From positions 840,001-872,000 of the forward strand of contig NC_006833.1 of NCBI RefSeq assembly GCF_000008385.1: DNA of 32,000 nt, written 5' to 3'. The stretch is from Wolbachia endosymbiont strain TRS of Brugia malayi (GTDB lineage: Bacteria; Pseudomonadota; Alphaproteobacteria; Rickettsiales; Anaplasmataceae). Of the stretch, positions 17,276 through 26,546 are shown in pieces (positions within the stretch are counted from its first letter, which is position 1; each line of letters opens with the position of its first letter). Position numbers and translations under genes: made by a program. The notes beneath the pieces are model-generated. The model did no database searches and had not been told where the DNA came from. It saw only the letters and a list, made by a program, of their open reading frames with translations.

Positions 17276-18184
17276 CTATTCTATAAACTTTTTTACCATA
17301 CTAAATTTTAAGCCACGAACGAAATCCTTAATATTGCAAGAATTCCTTCCCTCCATTTGCACAATTTTAGGAATTAAAGTGCCACTTTTCAAACTTATGT
17401 GCATATTATCATTAATAATTTTACCTTGTCCTGAAGTTAAAGAAGCATCTACTTCAAAGTCAGCATCGAGTATTCTTACACGCTTATGCTCTATCTTGAC
17501 AAATGCCTTAGGGTAAAACGCTTTAACTTTTCTATAAGCAACTTCACAAATGTCACTTGCATAAATTTTATAGTCTTCGATCTTATCAGCGTAGCACGCG
17601 CCATCATCACTTTGTTCTAGAGGAGGGTGTTTTTCAATTTCATCTATCACTTCCATCAGTAAGTTACTACCTAGCTTAGACAATTTGTCATGTAACGTTT
17701 TATAATTGTCATTTTTTTCAACTAGAAATTTTTTCTGTTTTAAAATGGGACCAGAATCCAGCCCCCCATCCAATTGCATAATACTAATTCCAGTTTTTCG
17801 GTCTCCCGCTAAAATCGTGTGCTGTATGGGAGCTGCTCCACGCCATCTAGGCAGCAGTGAAGGGTGAATATTAATACAACTATACTTTAGAATATTCAGA
17901 ATTTCTTTTGGAAGAATCAGTCCATAAGCAGCAACAACTGCAACATCTGGTTTAAATTTTTTAAATTTTTCTTGCTCTACCAAAGGTTTTAGAGAAGTAG
18001 GAGTGCATACCTCTATACCACTTTCTTCAGCAATGATATGCACTGGAGATTTTGTTAGCTTTTGTCCACGTCCTGAAGGCTTTGGAGCCTTGGTATATAC
18101 TGCTACTACCTCATTTTTTGACTTTAATAGTGAATTTAGCGCATTGATAGCAAATTCTGGCGATCCCATAAAAATGACTCTCAT
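17276..18184 (-). CDS. fmt: Methionyl-tRNA formyltransferase
   Basis: 302 aa. [12 protein letters not shown]..., [35 protein letters not shown] (formyltransferase core). Confidence 0.93.
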   Translation of the reverse strand: MRVIFMGSPEFAINALNSLLKSKNEVVAVYTKAPKPSGRGQKLTKSPVHIIAEESGIEVCTPTSLKPLVEQEKFKKFKPDVAVVAAYGLILPKEILNILKYSCINIHPSLLPRWRGAAPIQHTILAGDRKTGISIMQLDGGLDSGPILKQKKFLVEKNDNYKTLHDKLSKLGSNLLMEVIDEIEKHPPLEQSDDGACYADKIEDYKIYASDICEVAYRKVKAFYPKAFVKIEHKRVRILDADFEVDASLTSGQGKIINDNMHISLKSGTLIPKIVQMEGRNSCNIKDFVRGLKFSMVKKFIE

Positions 18185-18211
18185 GCTGCTAAATACTTTT
18201 ACTTAAGGAAA

Positions 18212-18577
18212 TCAAGAATTCTCTGCTAGTTTACTACTTACAGTTTCTGCTAATTTTGTGAAATCATCTTTATAGTTAACGGCCATTTCAGCAAGAATCT
18301 TTCTATTCAAATCAACTCCAGCAAGTGCAAGACCGTGCATAAATCTACCATAAGTAAGCCCGTGTTCCCTCGCTGCTGCATTAATACGTATTATCCATAA
18401 ACTGCGAAAATCGCGCTTGCGATTTCTTCTGTCCCTATAAGCATATTGCAATGCTTTTTCAACCCTTTGTAATGCAATTCTATAGCAACTCTTTGCACGC
18501 CCTCTATAACCCTTTGCTAAATTCAATATTTTTTTATGACGAGCGTGAGTAGTAACCCCACGTTTTACCCGAGCCAT
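18212..18577 (-). CDS. rplT: 50S ribosomal protein L20
   Basis: 121 aa. [27 protein letters not shown]... GGAGGT Shine-Dalgarno site upstream. Confidence 0.95.
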   Translation of the reverse strand: MARVKRGVTTHARHKKILNLAKGYRGRAKSCYRIALQRVEKALQYAYRDRRNRKRDFRSLWIIRINAAAREHGLTYGRFMHGLALAGVDLNRKILAEMAVNYKDDFTKLAETVSSKLAENS

Positions 18578-18597
18578 TTTATCTTACCTCCATTTTG

Positions 18598-18804
18598 TTA
18601 AATACCATAAGGTATATAAAGCTTAACTATGCGCGAGTCAGATTTACCAAGAACCGTAGTACCACGCTGATTACGAATATTAGATTTGCTCCTCTTTACC
18701 ATACCATGCCTTTTACCCGATTGAGCAGAAATAACTTTACCTTTAGCTGTAAGATTAAAACGTTTTTTAACAGAGGATTTGGTTTTCAATTTCATTTTCT
18801 TCAT
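18598..18804 (-). CDS. rpmI: 50S ribosomal protein L35
   Basis: 68 aa, basic. [21 protein letters not shown]... Sits immediately upstream of rplT, as in the usual rpmI-rplT pair. Confidence 0.92.
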   Translation of the reverse strand: MKKMKLKTKSSVKKRFNLTAKGKVISAQSGKRHGMVKRSKSNIRNQRGTTVLGKSDSRIVKLYIPYGI

Positions 18805-18917
18805 ATCTCAAATAAGTTTACAAACATTACCGTCAAATTCTTTAGCAGAATAAATAATTATATCAAAGAATCAAATAGCACGCAACTTAAAGTTGTAATA
18901 CAACCACAACCTGTATA

Positions 18918-19373
18918 TTAAAGGAGCTTAAATGTAATTACACCCAATATATGGGTTATACTTTCTTCATTTCCAAGTGGCAACAATACTTGCCTTATTT
19001 TAACACTTTCACTTTCTTCCTCTTCATTGATTAGGCACTTACTATCTACTATAGTATCAAATTTATCAATAACTGCATCTATTTTATATAATCGCAAAAA
19101 CGGTGCATCAATTACATATTTGCTATCAATGCATATGTTTTTCTCAAAACCATAGAACTCAACAGCCTTTTCTCCTGCATTCTCACAGATATAACCTTGA
19201 TCATTAACCTCAATAATATAACAATATTGCCATGAATCCATTATTTCAGTAGTATCTATCTCATGTCTTTCTGGCCAGTCTCTATCTGGTCCTTTTATCT
19301 CACTCCAGTACTGAGTCACTATATTTGCTATTCTTCTTTCTCTACCTGCATAAATTCTCATTCCAATATTCAC
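18918..19373 (-). CDS. PAS-like domain protein (resembles the alphaproteobacterial PAS_5/DUF1457 family)
   Basis: 151 aa. The pattern YWSEIKG..R.WPERHEID..EIMDSW.Y.YIIEV...... and C-terminal R.VLLPLG.....THILGV matches my recollection of that family (yW..l.g...P.R..idP ... R.LLLPL...G.v..ilG). Assigned from memory only. Confidence 0.45.
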   Translation of the reverse strand: MNIGMRIYAGRERRIANIVTQYWSEIKGPDRDWPERHEIDTTEIMDSWQYCYIIEVNDQGYICENAGEKAVEFYGFEKNICIDSKYVIDAPFLRLYKIDAVIDKFDTIVDSKCLINEEEESESVKIRQVLLPLGNEESITHILGVITFKLL

Positions 19374-19568
19374 ATATAAAACACAGATATAAGCTTAATC
19401 TACTGTGAATATATTGATTTTTTCTTAACCGCAAGGGTATGTATTACTTAAATTTCCATACTACCTATGTAACTGATACGGGTACTCTTTTTAACCATTC
19501 TTTAACGTGAGCCCACACTTTTTTAGTTAACTTTTTAGCTACATATGTTAAATATATTTATGTCATAC

Positions 19569-19904
19569 TTATAATTGTTCATTACTTTTCTCACTATTTA
19601 TTTTGTTGATTAGATAATCTCTTAAGTCGATAAGTTGTGGTAATAGATTACCAAAATTACAACTGCTTTTTATATTATTATCAAATTCTTTTTGCACTCC
19701 TTTTATTGTATATCCTTTATCATATAGCATGTATTTTATCTTCTTTATGACTTCTATACACTTATGATCATATAGCCTTCTTCCCTTACGTTTTATGGGT
19801 TTAATTTGACGAAATTGACTCTCCCAGAATCTCAAAACGTGCTGCTCTAAATGCAGCTCTTCAGCTACTTCCCCAATTGTATAAAATAATTTCTCCTTGT
19901 TCAT
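19569..19904 (-). CDS. MerR family transcriptional regulator (small, ihfA-linked type)
   Basis: 111 aa. YTIGEVAEELHLEQHVLRFWESQF is a MerR helix-turn-helix. Its start overlaps the ihfA stop in an ATGA (19901..19904). Confidence 0.8.
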   Translation of the reverse strand: MNKEKLFYTIGEVAEELHLEQHVLRFWESQFRQIKPIKRKGRRLYDHKCIEVIKKIKYMLYDKGYTIKGVQKEFDNNIKSSCNFGNLLPQLIDLRDYLINKINSEKSNEQL

Positions 19905-20209
19905 TGGTTGTTTATTAACTTTTTTATCACTTTTGAAGGTCTAAAAGAGACTGAATTTCTTGCCTGAATTACTACTTTTTTTGATGTATTTGGTACGTTT
20001 CCTGGCCTTTCTTTCTTTTTTTTAATCAAGAATGTTCCAAATGACGATATTTTTACTATGCCATCCTTTACCAAGCTTGCTTTTATCTCATCCAATATAT
20101 CGTCTATTATTGCAGCAGAGTCTTCTTTTGATAACCCAATTTCTTGGTTTATATCTTCAGCTATTGTTGCCTTAGTTACTGTTATATCCTTTGTTGTAAC
20201 GTAATCCAT
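19901..20209 (-). CDS. ihfA: Integration host factor alpha subunit (HU/IHF family)
   Basis: 102 aa. VTKATIAEDINQEIGLSKEDSAAIIDDILDEIKASL...ISSFGTFLIKKKKERPGNVPNTSKKVVIQARNSVSFRPSKV is an HU/IHF fold. The alpha assignment rests on the ihfA-merR synteny common in alphaproteobacteria. Confidence 0.8.
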   Translation of the reverse strand: MDYVTTKDITVTKATIAEDINQEIGLSKEDSAAIIDDILDEIKASLVKDGIVKISSFGTFLIKKKKERPGNVPNTSKKVVIQARNSVSFRPSKVIKKLINNQ

Positions 20210-20270
20210 AATTTAGTAAGTATTACAGTATGTGAATATAATATAACAATCGACTCAAGATTCAGCTATC

Positions 20271-21453
20271 TTATTTTTTAGAATACATTTCTTCTATAAT
20301 ACAATTTAAAACGCTAACGGCCGCTAACATTGCAAATACTGCGAAAAGTGCCATTTTATGATCTGTAAAAAGTACTAACGTTGATGCTATAATTCCGCTC
20401 ACGATAAAACATAAATCCATTAATAATGGATGATGATGCACTGATGTATTTTCGTTTCACAATTTCACTACCAACAGTAAAATTAAGCATATGTCCTCCT
20501 CAGCTAAATCGAATATTAACATGCAAAAGTATACAACATGAACAGTTAAGTAGCTGCATAGTAGACAACTGAAGCGTCTTGCAAAAGAGCAAAAGTAGAG
20601 ATTACATGCTTCCTGTTTTTGAGTAGATTTGAGATTTTATCTGCAATTGGAGTACCAACTGCAAGACCAAGCTATATATTGCAGTAGCTGCACCTGATTA
20701 CGTTGCACCAAGCTCTAAGTTGCTAAGTAGCTTTAGAGCCCACAAGGTATTAAGTGCTAAAAATATTCCAAAAAATAGCACCCACTATTGAGATTATCCA
20801 GGTATCTCTTGATCTTAGCACTGTTAATGCAGAACATATTACTGTCTTTATAGAACTTTTTATTATGTGTTTTTTTGAACTACTTTCCAAAAACGTGTCT
20901 GGATGAAAAAACACAAGTGCAAATATTAACACACTAAATAGTACTATACTTACAATCATGTTCTTCCAATATGCACCTTCGGCAGGCGGGCTAGAGGACA
21001 CCACTTGAATTACCAAATGCAGAAAGGCTCGAAATTGTTTGCACTAATGAGAACATCAGTCAAAACTGGACAATGGGAAAATATATGCTACTTATGTGAA
21101 CAGCCCAACAAAACTAAACGAAGCTTCGATTGCAATCAACACTTAAGGTAGAATTAAATGGGCAAGATCGTTACTATTAACAAGAATAAAAAAACCCAAG
21201 GAACATGATTAATAATCAAAGAAAGAATAAACTTTTTCACTGGAAAAAACATCAAACATTGCCCCTCTAAAAGATTGTAAGATAGCAAAAGTCCAATTAC
21301 ATGCTGAGTTAACTAATGCAACTTATATAATTGTAAGTTCAAGTTCTTTTTCAAGATCTACGCTTATAAAGGCGTAGATTACCTGCATATTGCTAAATAT
21401 AACAACCAAGTTACTGATCAGCCAAATGACCAAACTTTAGCTCTGCTTTCCAT
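20271..21453 (-). pseudogene. MFS (Bcr/CflA-like) transporter pseudogene, multiple frameshifts and stops
   Basis: The span is about 1.18 kb, the size of a ~390-aa MFS gene. It begins at ATG 21453 (MESRAKVW..) and breaks immediately. Hydrophobic fragments lie in different frames: SNMQVIYAFISVDLEKELELT...NSACNWTFAILQSFRGAMFDVF (N-terminal MFS-like), the 88-aa ORF 20750..21016, and the terminal MDLCFIVSGIIASTLVLFTDHKMALFAVFAMLAAVSVLNCIIEEMYSKK*. Confidence 0.6.
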
Positions 21454-21576
21454 AAGATTTATTTTTATAAGTAATTTATTAATAATTTTATACTAAGTCT
21501 TCTTTGAAGCTATTGTTTCATGAGTAAGCATTATAGGCACAACCCCTGATTCTGAAGGTATTGGTGTTAGTTTTTC

Positions 21577-22975
21577 TTATTCACTGTGCAGGTATTGTAT
21601 GGTGCTGTCCACTTGGTCATCATGACGGATTCCTGGAAACATTAAAATCTCATACTCAAAATCTTCTAGCCATACTGCTTGATGCAGTAGAAAAACCTTG
21701 CCAGACTCTATAGTAGGAACTAATTTAATGAAATCAAGTGAGCTTATCATTATGTGGCATTATTTCGACAATGGCTAAATCACTGCTTACCTTCAGATCT
21801 TGTACTAATTGTTGACCACTTGTTTCTGCTTCAATCAAAATTGCATGTGGCATCCATCTTTCTGCTAAGGACAAAACTAAGTTTTGGATATTCAAATTTT
21901 GCACGTTATACATCAAGTAAATAGAATTTTTTACCTACTTTTGCCCAGGTAGTGCGGACGCTAAAGTTGCTAGCGTCGCCTATTAAAACTGCAGTATTCT
22001 AGCTTTAAGCTATAGGCAAAGAGATCATCAAGAAAACTTCTATAGCGCTTCCAGCCCACTCTTGTTTAATTATATCACTTAAAAGCGACAGAGGGTTTTT
22101 GTTGATATTGTACAGCAAAAGCGTAATTCCCAAGTCAATTTTTATCGTTTCAATCTCTTCTTTTCCTCCATCTAGAAGATATAGCAACTGACCTTCTTCC
22201 CTCGAGGGTAATATTACGATGGCGTTATTTTAGCACTTGATGCTGTAATTCAGCTCTTGTAATTATTTGTAGTTACTCTGATTACAGGAATAAGAGAAGG
22301 AGACATTGGCTTTTCAATTGAATAGATAGACTCCTTATTTTTAGCTATTGTTGGCAAACAAATTTAATGCAACATATTTTTCGGTTTGGAGAGAAGGTGT
22401 CAGGCTAAATCTTCCTGATGTAGCCTATGCATCACAAGCACAATTATTCCTTTTTTCTATTGTTGAGCCTAGTTACTAAAGTCTGATCAAACCAGCTTGT
22501 GGCACGCTTTCTAAGCGTTTCGCTTAAAGCTTGAGCGGAACTCAGTTGGTCGTTGACAATAATAAAATCACCTTCTTTGCTGGTTAATGTTCCCCCAACA
22601 GACGTTGCAATTTTGTATTCTCTCCGCACTGTTTGAAATTTATACTTAGTATTTTGTTCTATGGATAGTTCTACTTCTAGAAATAGCTTTTTATACCAAT
22701 CAGACTACATTACGCACCTAGTATCGAGCGAGTGCTTTTCGCTGGGAATAGCTCACAATTATTACTCTTACGCATATGGGCTTCTTCGAGCGTGAAGGCA
22801 TACTAAATATTATTCGTCTCACTGCACCAGTGCCTGCCGCTTCAAGTCTGTTCGCTATGACTTTTATATATTAGTAATCATTATATTCACATCCCGTACT
22901 ACCGTTTTGAAAGCATAACTCAATGAGTTTGAGAAAGTTTATATTTTCTATGTTAGTGAGCGTTCTTGCTGTTTA
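21577..22975 (-). pseudogene. Phage terminase large subunit pseudogene (prophage or GTA-like relic)
   Basis: Fragments in shifting frames cover a whole terminase, listed here N- to C-terminal. FLKLIELCFQNGSTGCEYNDY*YIKVIANRLEAAGTGAVRRIIFSMPSRSKKP. ATSVGGTLTSKEGDFIIVNDQLSSAQALSETLRKRATSWFDQTLVTRLNN (Walker B-like region). GIIVLVMHRLHQEDLA. LGITLLLYNINKNPLSLLSDIIKQEW. KKFYLLDVY. ILIEAETSGQQLVQDLK. DKLT*..LVPTIESGKVFLLHQAVWLEDFEYEILMFPGIRHDDQVDSTIQYLHSE*. Confidence 0.7.
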
Positions 22976-22993
22976 TTCCACTCCCCTCTTTTT

Positions 22994-23038
22994 GTCATTC
23001 CAGTGCTCCGACATTGGGATTCAACACACTGGAATGGC
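22994..23038. repeat. Hairpin repeat, GTCATTCCAGTG ... CACTGGAATGGC
   Basis: Perfect 10-bp inverted repeat CATTCCAGTG/CACTGGAATG (13 bp with one mismatch) around a 21-nt loop. The loop contains a second degenerate arm (GACATTGGGATTC). It sits at the 5' edge of the terminase relic. Confidence 0.5.
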
Positions 23039-23386
23039 AATTCCTCATCATACTCCACAGTATCTTTAGATCTCGCTAAGGAACGACGGTAGTTACAAAT
23101 ATTTAAGAAATTTTTTAAATAGAAAAAAAGGCAAAAAAACCCTACAGTAACTAGTTACTAACTCCTTATTTCAAATTTGATGTTGGGTGATGTCTTAAAC
23201 GCTTCATAAGCGTGCTTCAGCTTATATAGGTAAGAATTTAGAAATTTTGTAAAGACATACGGTGTATATAGTGCGAAAAATTAAATAATAATACGCCAAA
23301 TACAAGATCTTCTTATCATTTTAATCTGCACAAATTGGGAAGTTATATAAAATAACCCCACTGCTAGGATAAGGCTGGTAAAGCTT

Positions 23387-23427
23387 GTCAAGTAGCTTTT
23401 TGTATTTCTGTGAGCTACTTGGATGAC
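23387..23427. repeat. Hairpin repeat, GTCAAGTAGCT ... AGCTACTTGGATGAC
   Basis: Perfect 9-bp arms CAAGTAGCT/AGCTACTTG with a 15-nt loop. The outer GTCA/(GGA)TGAC ends resemble the other elements. It lies 39 nt downstream of iscX. Confidence 0.4.
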
Positions 23428-23465
23428 ACATTATACTGCTTAATAGTGGTAGCTATTTCTTATTG

Positions 23466-23660
23466 TTAAGACCTTTCCTCAATCCAAGCTGCTTGAATGG
23501 CTTCGAGTATTTTTTCATTACAACGCTTTTCATCATCACTAAACCCCTCTAAATTTAAGACCTTTTCCTTAAGTTTGGTAAATCTAATGTTAACTATATC
23601 CTCACCTGGAAATTTTTCTTCCAAAGCTTCTGCGATGTTCTCTATATCAAGCCATTTCAT
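23466..23660 (-). CDS. iscX: Fe-S cluster assembly protein IscX (YfhJ-like)
   Basis: 64 aa. [62 protein letters not shown] aligns along its full length with E. coli IscX as I recall it ([61 protein letters not shown]). Confidence 0.75.
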   Translation of the reverse strand: [64 protein letters not shown]

Positions 23661-23687
23661 ATTTTTTGTGTCTTCCGATAATTAAAT

Positions 23688-23774
23688 TGGTGCCCATGGG
23701 GAGACTTGAACTCCCAAGGTCGCAAGACCCACGGATTTTAAGTCCGCTGCGTCTACCGATTCCGCCACACGGGC
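23688..23774 (-). tRNA. tRNA-Leu (anticodon UAA), long variable arm, CCA encoded
   Basis: The reverse complement GCCCGTGTGGCGGAATCGGTAGACGCAGCGGACTTAAAATCCGTGGGTCTTGCGACCTTGGGAGTTCAAGTCTCCCCATGGGCACCA folds as a cloverleaf. Anticodon loop is CTTAAAA. It is the only one of the four tRNAs here with a genomically encoded CCA. Confidence 0.95.
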
Positions 23775-23783
23775 TCTTTTTAT

Positions 23784-24398
23784 TCATCTAGAGTAGAACT
23801 CTACTACTAAATTAACTTCCATGTCTGCTGAGTAAGGAACCTCGGAATATTGAGGTATTCTTAAATACTTTACTGAATACTCTTTACTGTCTGCTTCTAA
23901 GTAATCCGGAGCCTTGCGCTCTTGTTTTTGTACAGCTTCTACTATTACAGGGATTTTTGCTGCCCTTTCTCTTATTTTTACTATATCACCTGGTTTTACT
24001 CGATAACTTGGTATATTAACAATCTTATCATTAACTGTAACATGTTTATGAGATATGAGCTGTTTTGCTGAATAAATTGTTGGCACGAGGCCAGAGTGGT
24101 ATAAAACAGAACTTAACCTTGATTCTAAGATGCCAATAAAATTATCAGCTGTATAACCTTTCCTGTTATAAGCATCTAAAAATATACGCCTAAGCTGCTT
24201 ACTTGAAATTGCATAGTAAAACTTAAACTTCTTATGTGCAGCAAACTGCTTACCAAAATCAGATAACCTTTTAAATCCAAGAATACCACGCTGGCCTGGA
24301 GGATATTTCCTTCTGTTTACCGGATCTTTTGCTCTACCCCATAAATTTATACCAAGCCTACGGCTGATTCTATACTTTCTATTGATAACAGTTGTCAT
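23784..24398 (-). CDS. rpsD: 30S ribosomal protein S4
   Basis: [16 protein letters not shown]... and the S4 domain ([48 protein letters not shown]). I start at the internal ATG 24398 (MTTVINRKY), giving a 204-aa protein. The 19 upstream codons of the track ORF have no S4 counterpart. Confidence 0.93.
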   Translation of the reverse strand: MTTVINRKYRISRRLGINLWGRAKDPVNRRKYPPGQRGILGFKRLSDFGKQFAAHKKFKFYYAISSKQLRRIFLDAYNRKGYTADNFIGILESRLSSVLYHSGLVPTIYSAKQLISHKHVTVNDKIVNIPSYRVKPGDIVKIRERAAKIPVIVEAVQKQERKAPDYLEADSKEYSVKYLRIPQYSEVPYSADMEVNLVVEFYSR

Positions 24399-24511
24399 AT
24401 AAAAACTCTCACAATCTAACTCTAGATTATTAAGGATTTTATCATTGGGTGTCAACTTGTTTTTACCAGTATAATTTCTTATACTTCACTTTTAAGTTTT
24501 CCTATTAACGT

Positions 24512-26500
24512 ATGAATTATTTACCTTTAGAATCCATGGCAAGTGCCATCCGTTTTTTATCAATCGATGCAGTACAAAAAGCGAGCTCTGGGCACCCAGG
24601 CATGCCACTTGGAATGGCAGATGTTGCAACTGTACTATTTGCTCAGTACCTAAATCATAACCCTGATGATCCTAAATGGGTTAATAGAGACCGTTTCGTT
24701 CTATCAAACGGCCATGGTTCAATGTTGTTATACTCCATATTATATTTGACAGGTTATATTAGTATAGATGAGCTGAAAAACTTCAGGCAACTCACATCTA
24801 AAACTCCAGGTCATCCAGAATTTGGCTTGACTCCTGGGGTAGAAGCAACAACAGGTCCATTAGGGCAGGGGTTTGCTGTCGCTGTTGGCATGGCACTTGC
24901 TGAATCGATACTTAAAAATCAGTTTGGAATTAATCACTACACTTATGTAATGCTAGGAGATGGTTGTCTCATGGAAGGAATAAGCCATGAAGCAGCATCA
25001 CTTGCTGGGCATCTAAAATTGAATAAGTTGATAGCCCTTTTTGACGATAATGACATCTCTATAGATGGTGCTACTCACCTCTCTTGCTCTGATGATGCAG
25101 AAAAGCGTTTTTCAGCGTATGGGTGGAATGTTAACAAAATTGATGGCCATGATTTTAATTCTATATCCCTTGCAATAGAACAAGCGCGAAAGTCTGACAA
25201 ACCTACATTGATTTGCTGCAAGACCATCATTGGAAAGTTCTCAAACCGTGCTGGCGCTTCCTCAGCCCATAGCGGTGCTTTTACGGAGGAAGATGTAAAA
25301 CAGATGAGGGAGAAATTAAACTGGAATTATGTGCCATTCCATGTGCCAAAAGATGTGAAAAATGCTTGGATGGAAACAGTTGAGAGAGCAAAACAAAATT
25401 ACAATTCAGTGTCATTCCAGCGCCAAGCACTGGAACCCAGTGAAAATAAAGAACTTCAAAGACGGCTAGATAAACGCTTACCAGATAATATTGATGATGA
25501 TTTAGCTAACTTAAAGAAACAAATACATGAAACAATGCCAAATGAAGCTACACGGTCTTCTTTTGGCAAGGTAATGGAACTTTTGACTGAGTCTATGCCG
25601 GAATTAATTGGCGGATCTGCTGATCTTACTGGATCAAATTGTACTAAATATAAGCATATGAAAGTAATAGATAATAATAACTATAGTGGTTCTTACGTCC
25701 ATTATGGAGTGAGAGAGCACGCTATGGCAGCTTGTATGAATGGAATGGCTCTTCATGGTGGAATTCTTCCTTATGGTGGCACTTTTTTGGTATTTTCTGA
25801 CTATTGTCGCCCTGCTATACGTCTTTCAGCTTTAATGAAACAGCAGGTTATATATGTAATGACTCATGATTCAATTGGAGTAGGAGAAGACGGCCCAACT
25901 CACCAGCCGATAGAGCATTTAGCTTCTTTACGCACTGTACCAAACTTATATGTCTTTAGGCCAACTGATGCAATTGAAACTCTGGAGTGTATTAGCATTG
26001 CATTGAAAAAAAAAGAGTCACCTGCACTGTTTGCGCTTTCAAGGCAAAACTTGGGCTACATGCGCAAATTCCACTTTAATGTTGATCAATCTACCAACCT
26101 ATCAAAGTCTGGTGCATATGTTGTGTGTGAATACTCAGAGAAGCTAGAAGTGACAATATTTGCAACCGGATCTGAAGTTGAGATTGCAATTGAGACAAGA
26201 AAGAAATTGCAGGAAAAAGGTATAGGTACAAGGGTTGTTTCTATGCCATGCTGGAGACTTTTTGATGAGCAAAGCGATGAATACAAAGATGCAATATTAA
26301 ATAATGACAGCATTAAAGTTGCAATTGAAGCTGGAAGTGAAATAGGTTGGCATAAATACATAGGTTCAAACGGTATATTTATCGGTATGAAAAGCTTTGG
26401 AGAATCAGCACCTTATAAAACGCTTTATGAGCATTTTAATATCAATACCGATTATGTAGTAAAATGCGTGTGTGAGAAGCTGTTTATATCTAAACCATGA
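24512..26500 (+). CDS. tkt: Transketolase
   Basis: 662 aa. AIRFLSIDAVQKASSGHPGMPLGMADVA, GDGCLMEGISHEA (ThDP motif), THDSIGVGEDGPTHQPIEHLASLR. Confidence 0.95.
   Translation: MNYLPLESMASAIRFLSIDAVQKASSGHPGMPLGMADVATVLFAQYLNHNPDDPKWVNRDRFVLSNGHGSMLLYSILYLTGYISIDELKNFRQLTSKTPGHPEFGLTPGVEATTGPLGQGFAVAVGMALAESILKNQFGINHYTYVMLGDGCLMEGISHEAASLAGHLKLNKLIALFDDNDISIDGATHLSCSDDAEKRFSAYGWNVNKIDGHDFNSISLAIEQARKSDKPTLICCKTIIGKFSNRAGASSAHSGAFTEEDVKQMREKLNWNYVPFHVPKDVKNAWMETVERAKQNYNSVSFQRQALEPSENKELQRRLDKRLPDNIDDDLANLKKQIHETMPNEATRSSFGKVMELLTESMPELIGGSADLTGSNCTKYKHMKVIDNNNYSGSYVHYGVREHAMAACMNGMALHGGILPYGGTFLVFSDYCRPAIRLSALMKQQVIYVMTHDSIGVGEDGPTHQPIEHLASLRTVPNLYVFRPTDAIETLECISIALKKKESPALFALSRQNLGYMRKFHFNVDQSTNLSKSGAYVVCEYSEKLEVTIFATGSEVEIAIETRKKLQEKGIGTRVVSMPCWRLFDEQSDEYKDAILNNDSIKVAIEAGSEIGWHKYIGSNGIFIGMKSFGESAPYKTLYEHFNINTDYVVKCVCEKLFISKP
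25411..25440. repeat. GTCATTCCAGCG-type hairpin embedded in frame in tkt
   Basis: GTCATTCCAGCGCCAAGCACTGGAACCCAG has arms TTCCAGCGC/GCACTGGAA (9 bp, one mismatch) and loop CAA. Its first 12 nt match the intergenic element at 22994 in 11 of 12 positions. It encodes SFQRQALEP in the inter-domain linker of transketolase. Confidence 0.4.
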
Positions 26501-26517
26501 GGGCTACAAAAAACTAC

Positions 26518-26546
26518 TTGACAAACTTCGCCAGCCTTCTTATTAT
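26518..26546 (+). promoter_or_regulatory. Sigma-70-like promoter candidate (TTGACA-N17-TATTAT)
   Basis: Consensus -35 TTGACA at 26518..26523, a 17-nt spacer, then TATTAT at 26541..26546, starting 18 nt after the tkt stop. No intact gene lies downstream for ~370 nt. Confidence 0.25.

Noticed and set aside
16216-17516. ORFs 16216..16461(+), 16720..17040(-), 17059..17271(-) and 17247..17516(+)
   Set aside because: Each is antisense to or overlaps a better-supported gene (carA, the 4-TM ORF, fmt). There are no independent signals.
18595-18921. 108-aa plus-strand ORF opposite rpmI
   Set aside because: It is antisense to the conserved L35 gene and the adjacent spacer, and its basic, Asn-rich composition is typical of AT-rich noise.
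23146-23159. Perfect 14-bp palindrome AGTAACTAGTTACT followed, on the minus strand, by T-runs
   Set aside because: It could be an operator or a weak terminator. However, the stem is 5 bp of AT-rich pairs, it lies ~300 nt from the nearest intact gene, and it has no second copy in the window.
24399-24455. Nineteen extra N-terminal codons on the rpsD track ORF
   Set aside because: S4 proteins begin close to the R-Y-x-x-x-x-x-R-R-L-G motif. The internal ATG at 24398 gives the canonical length.
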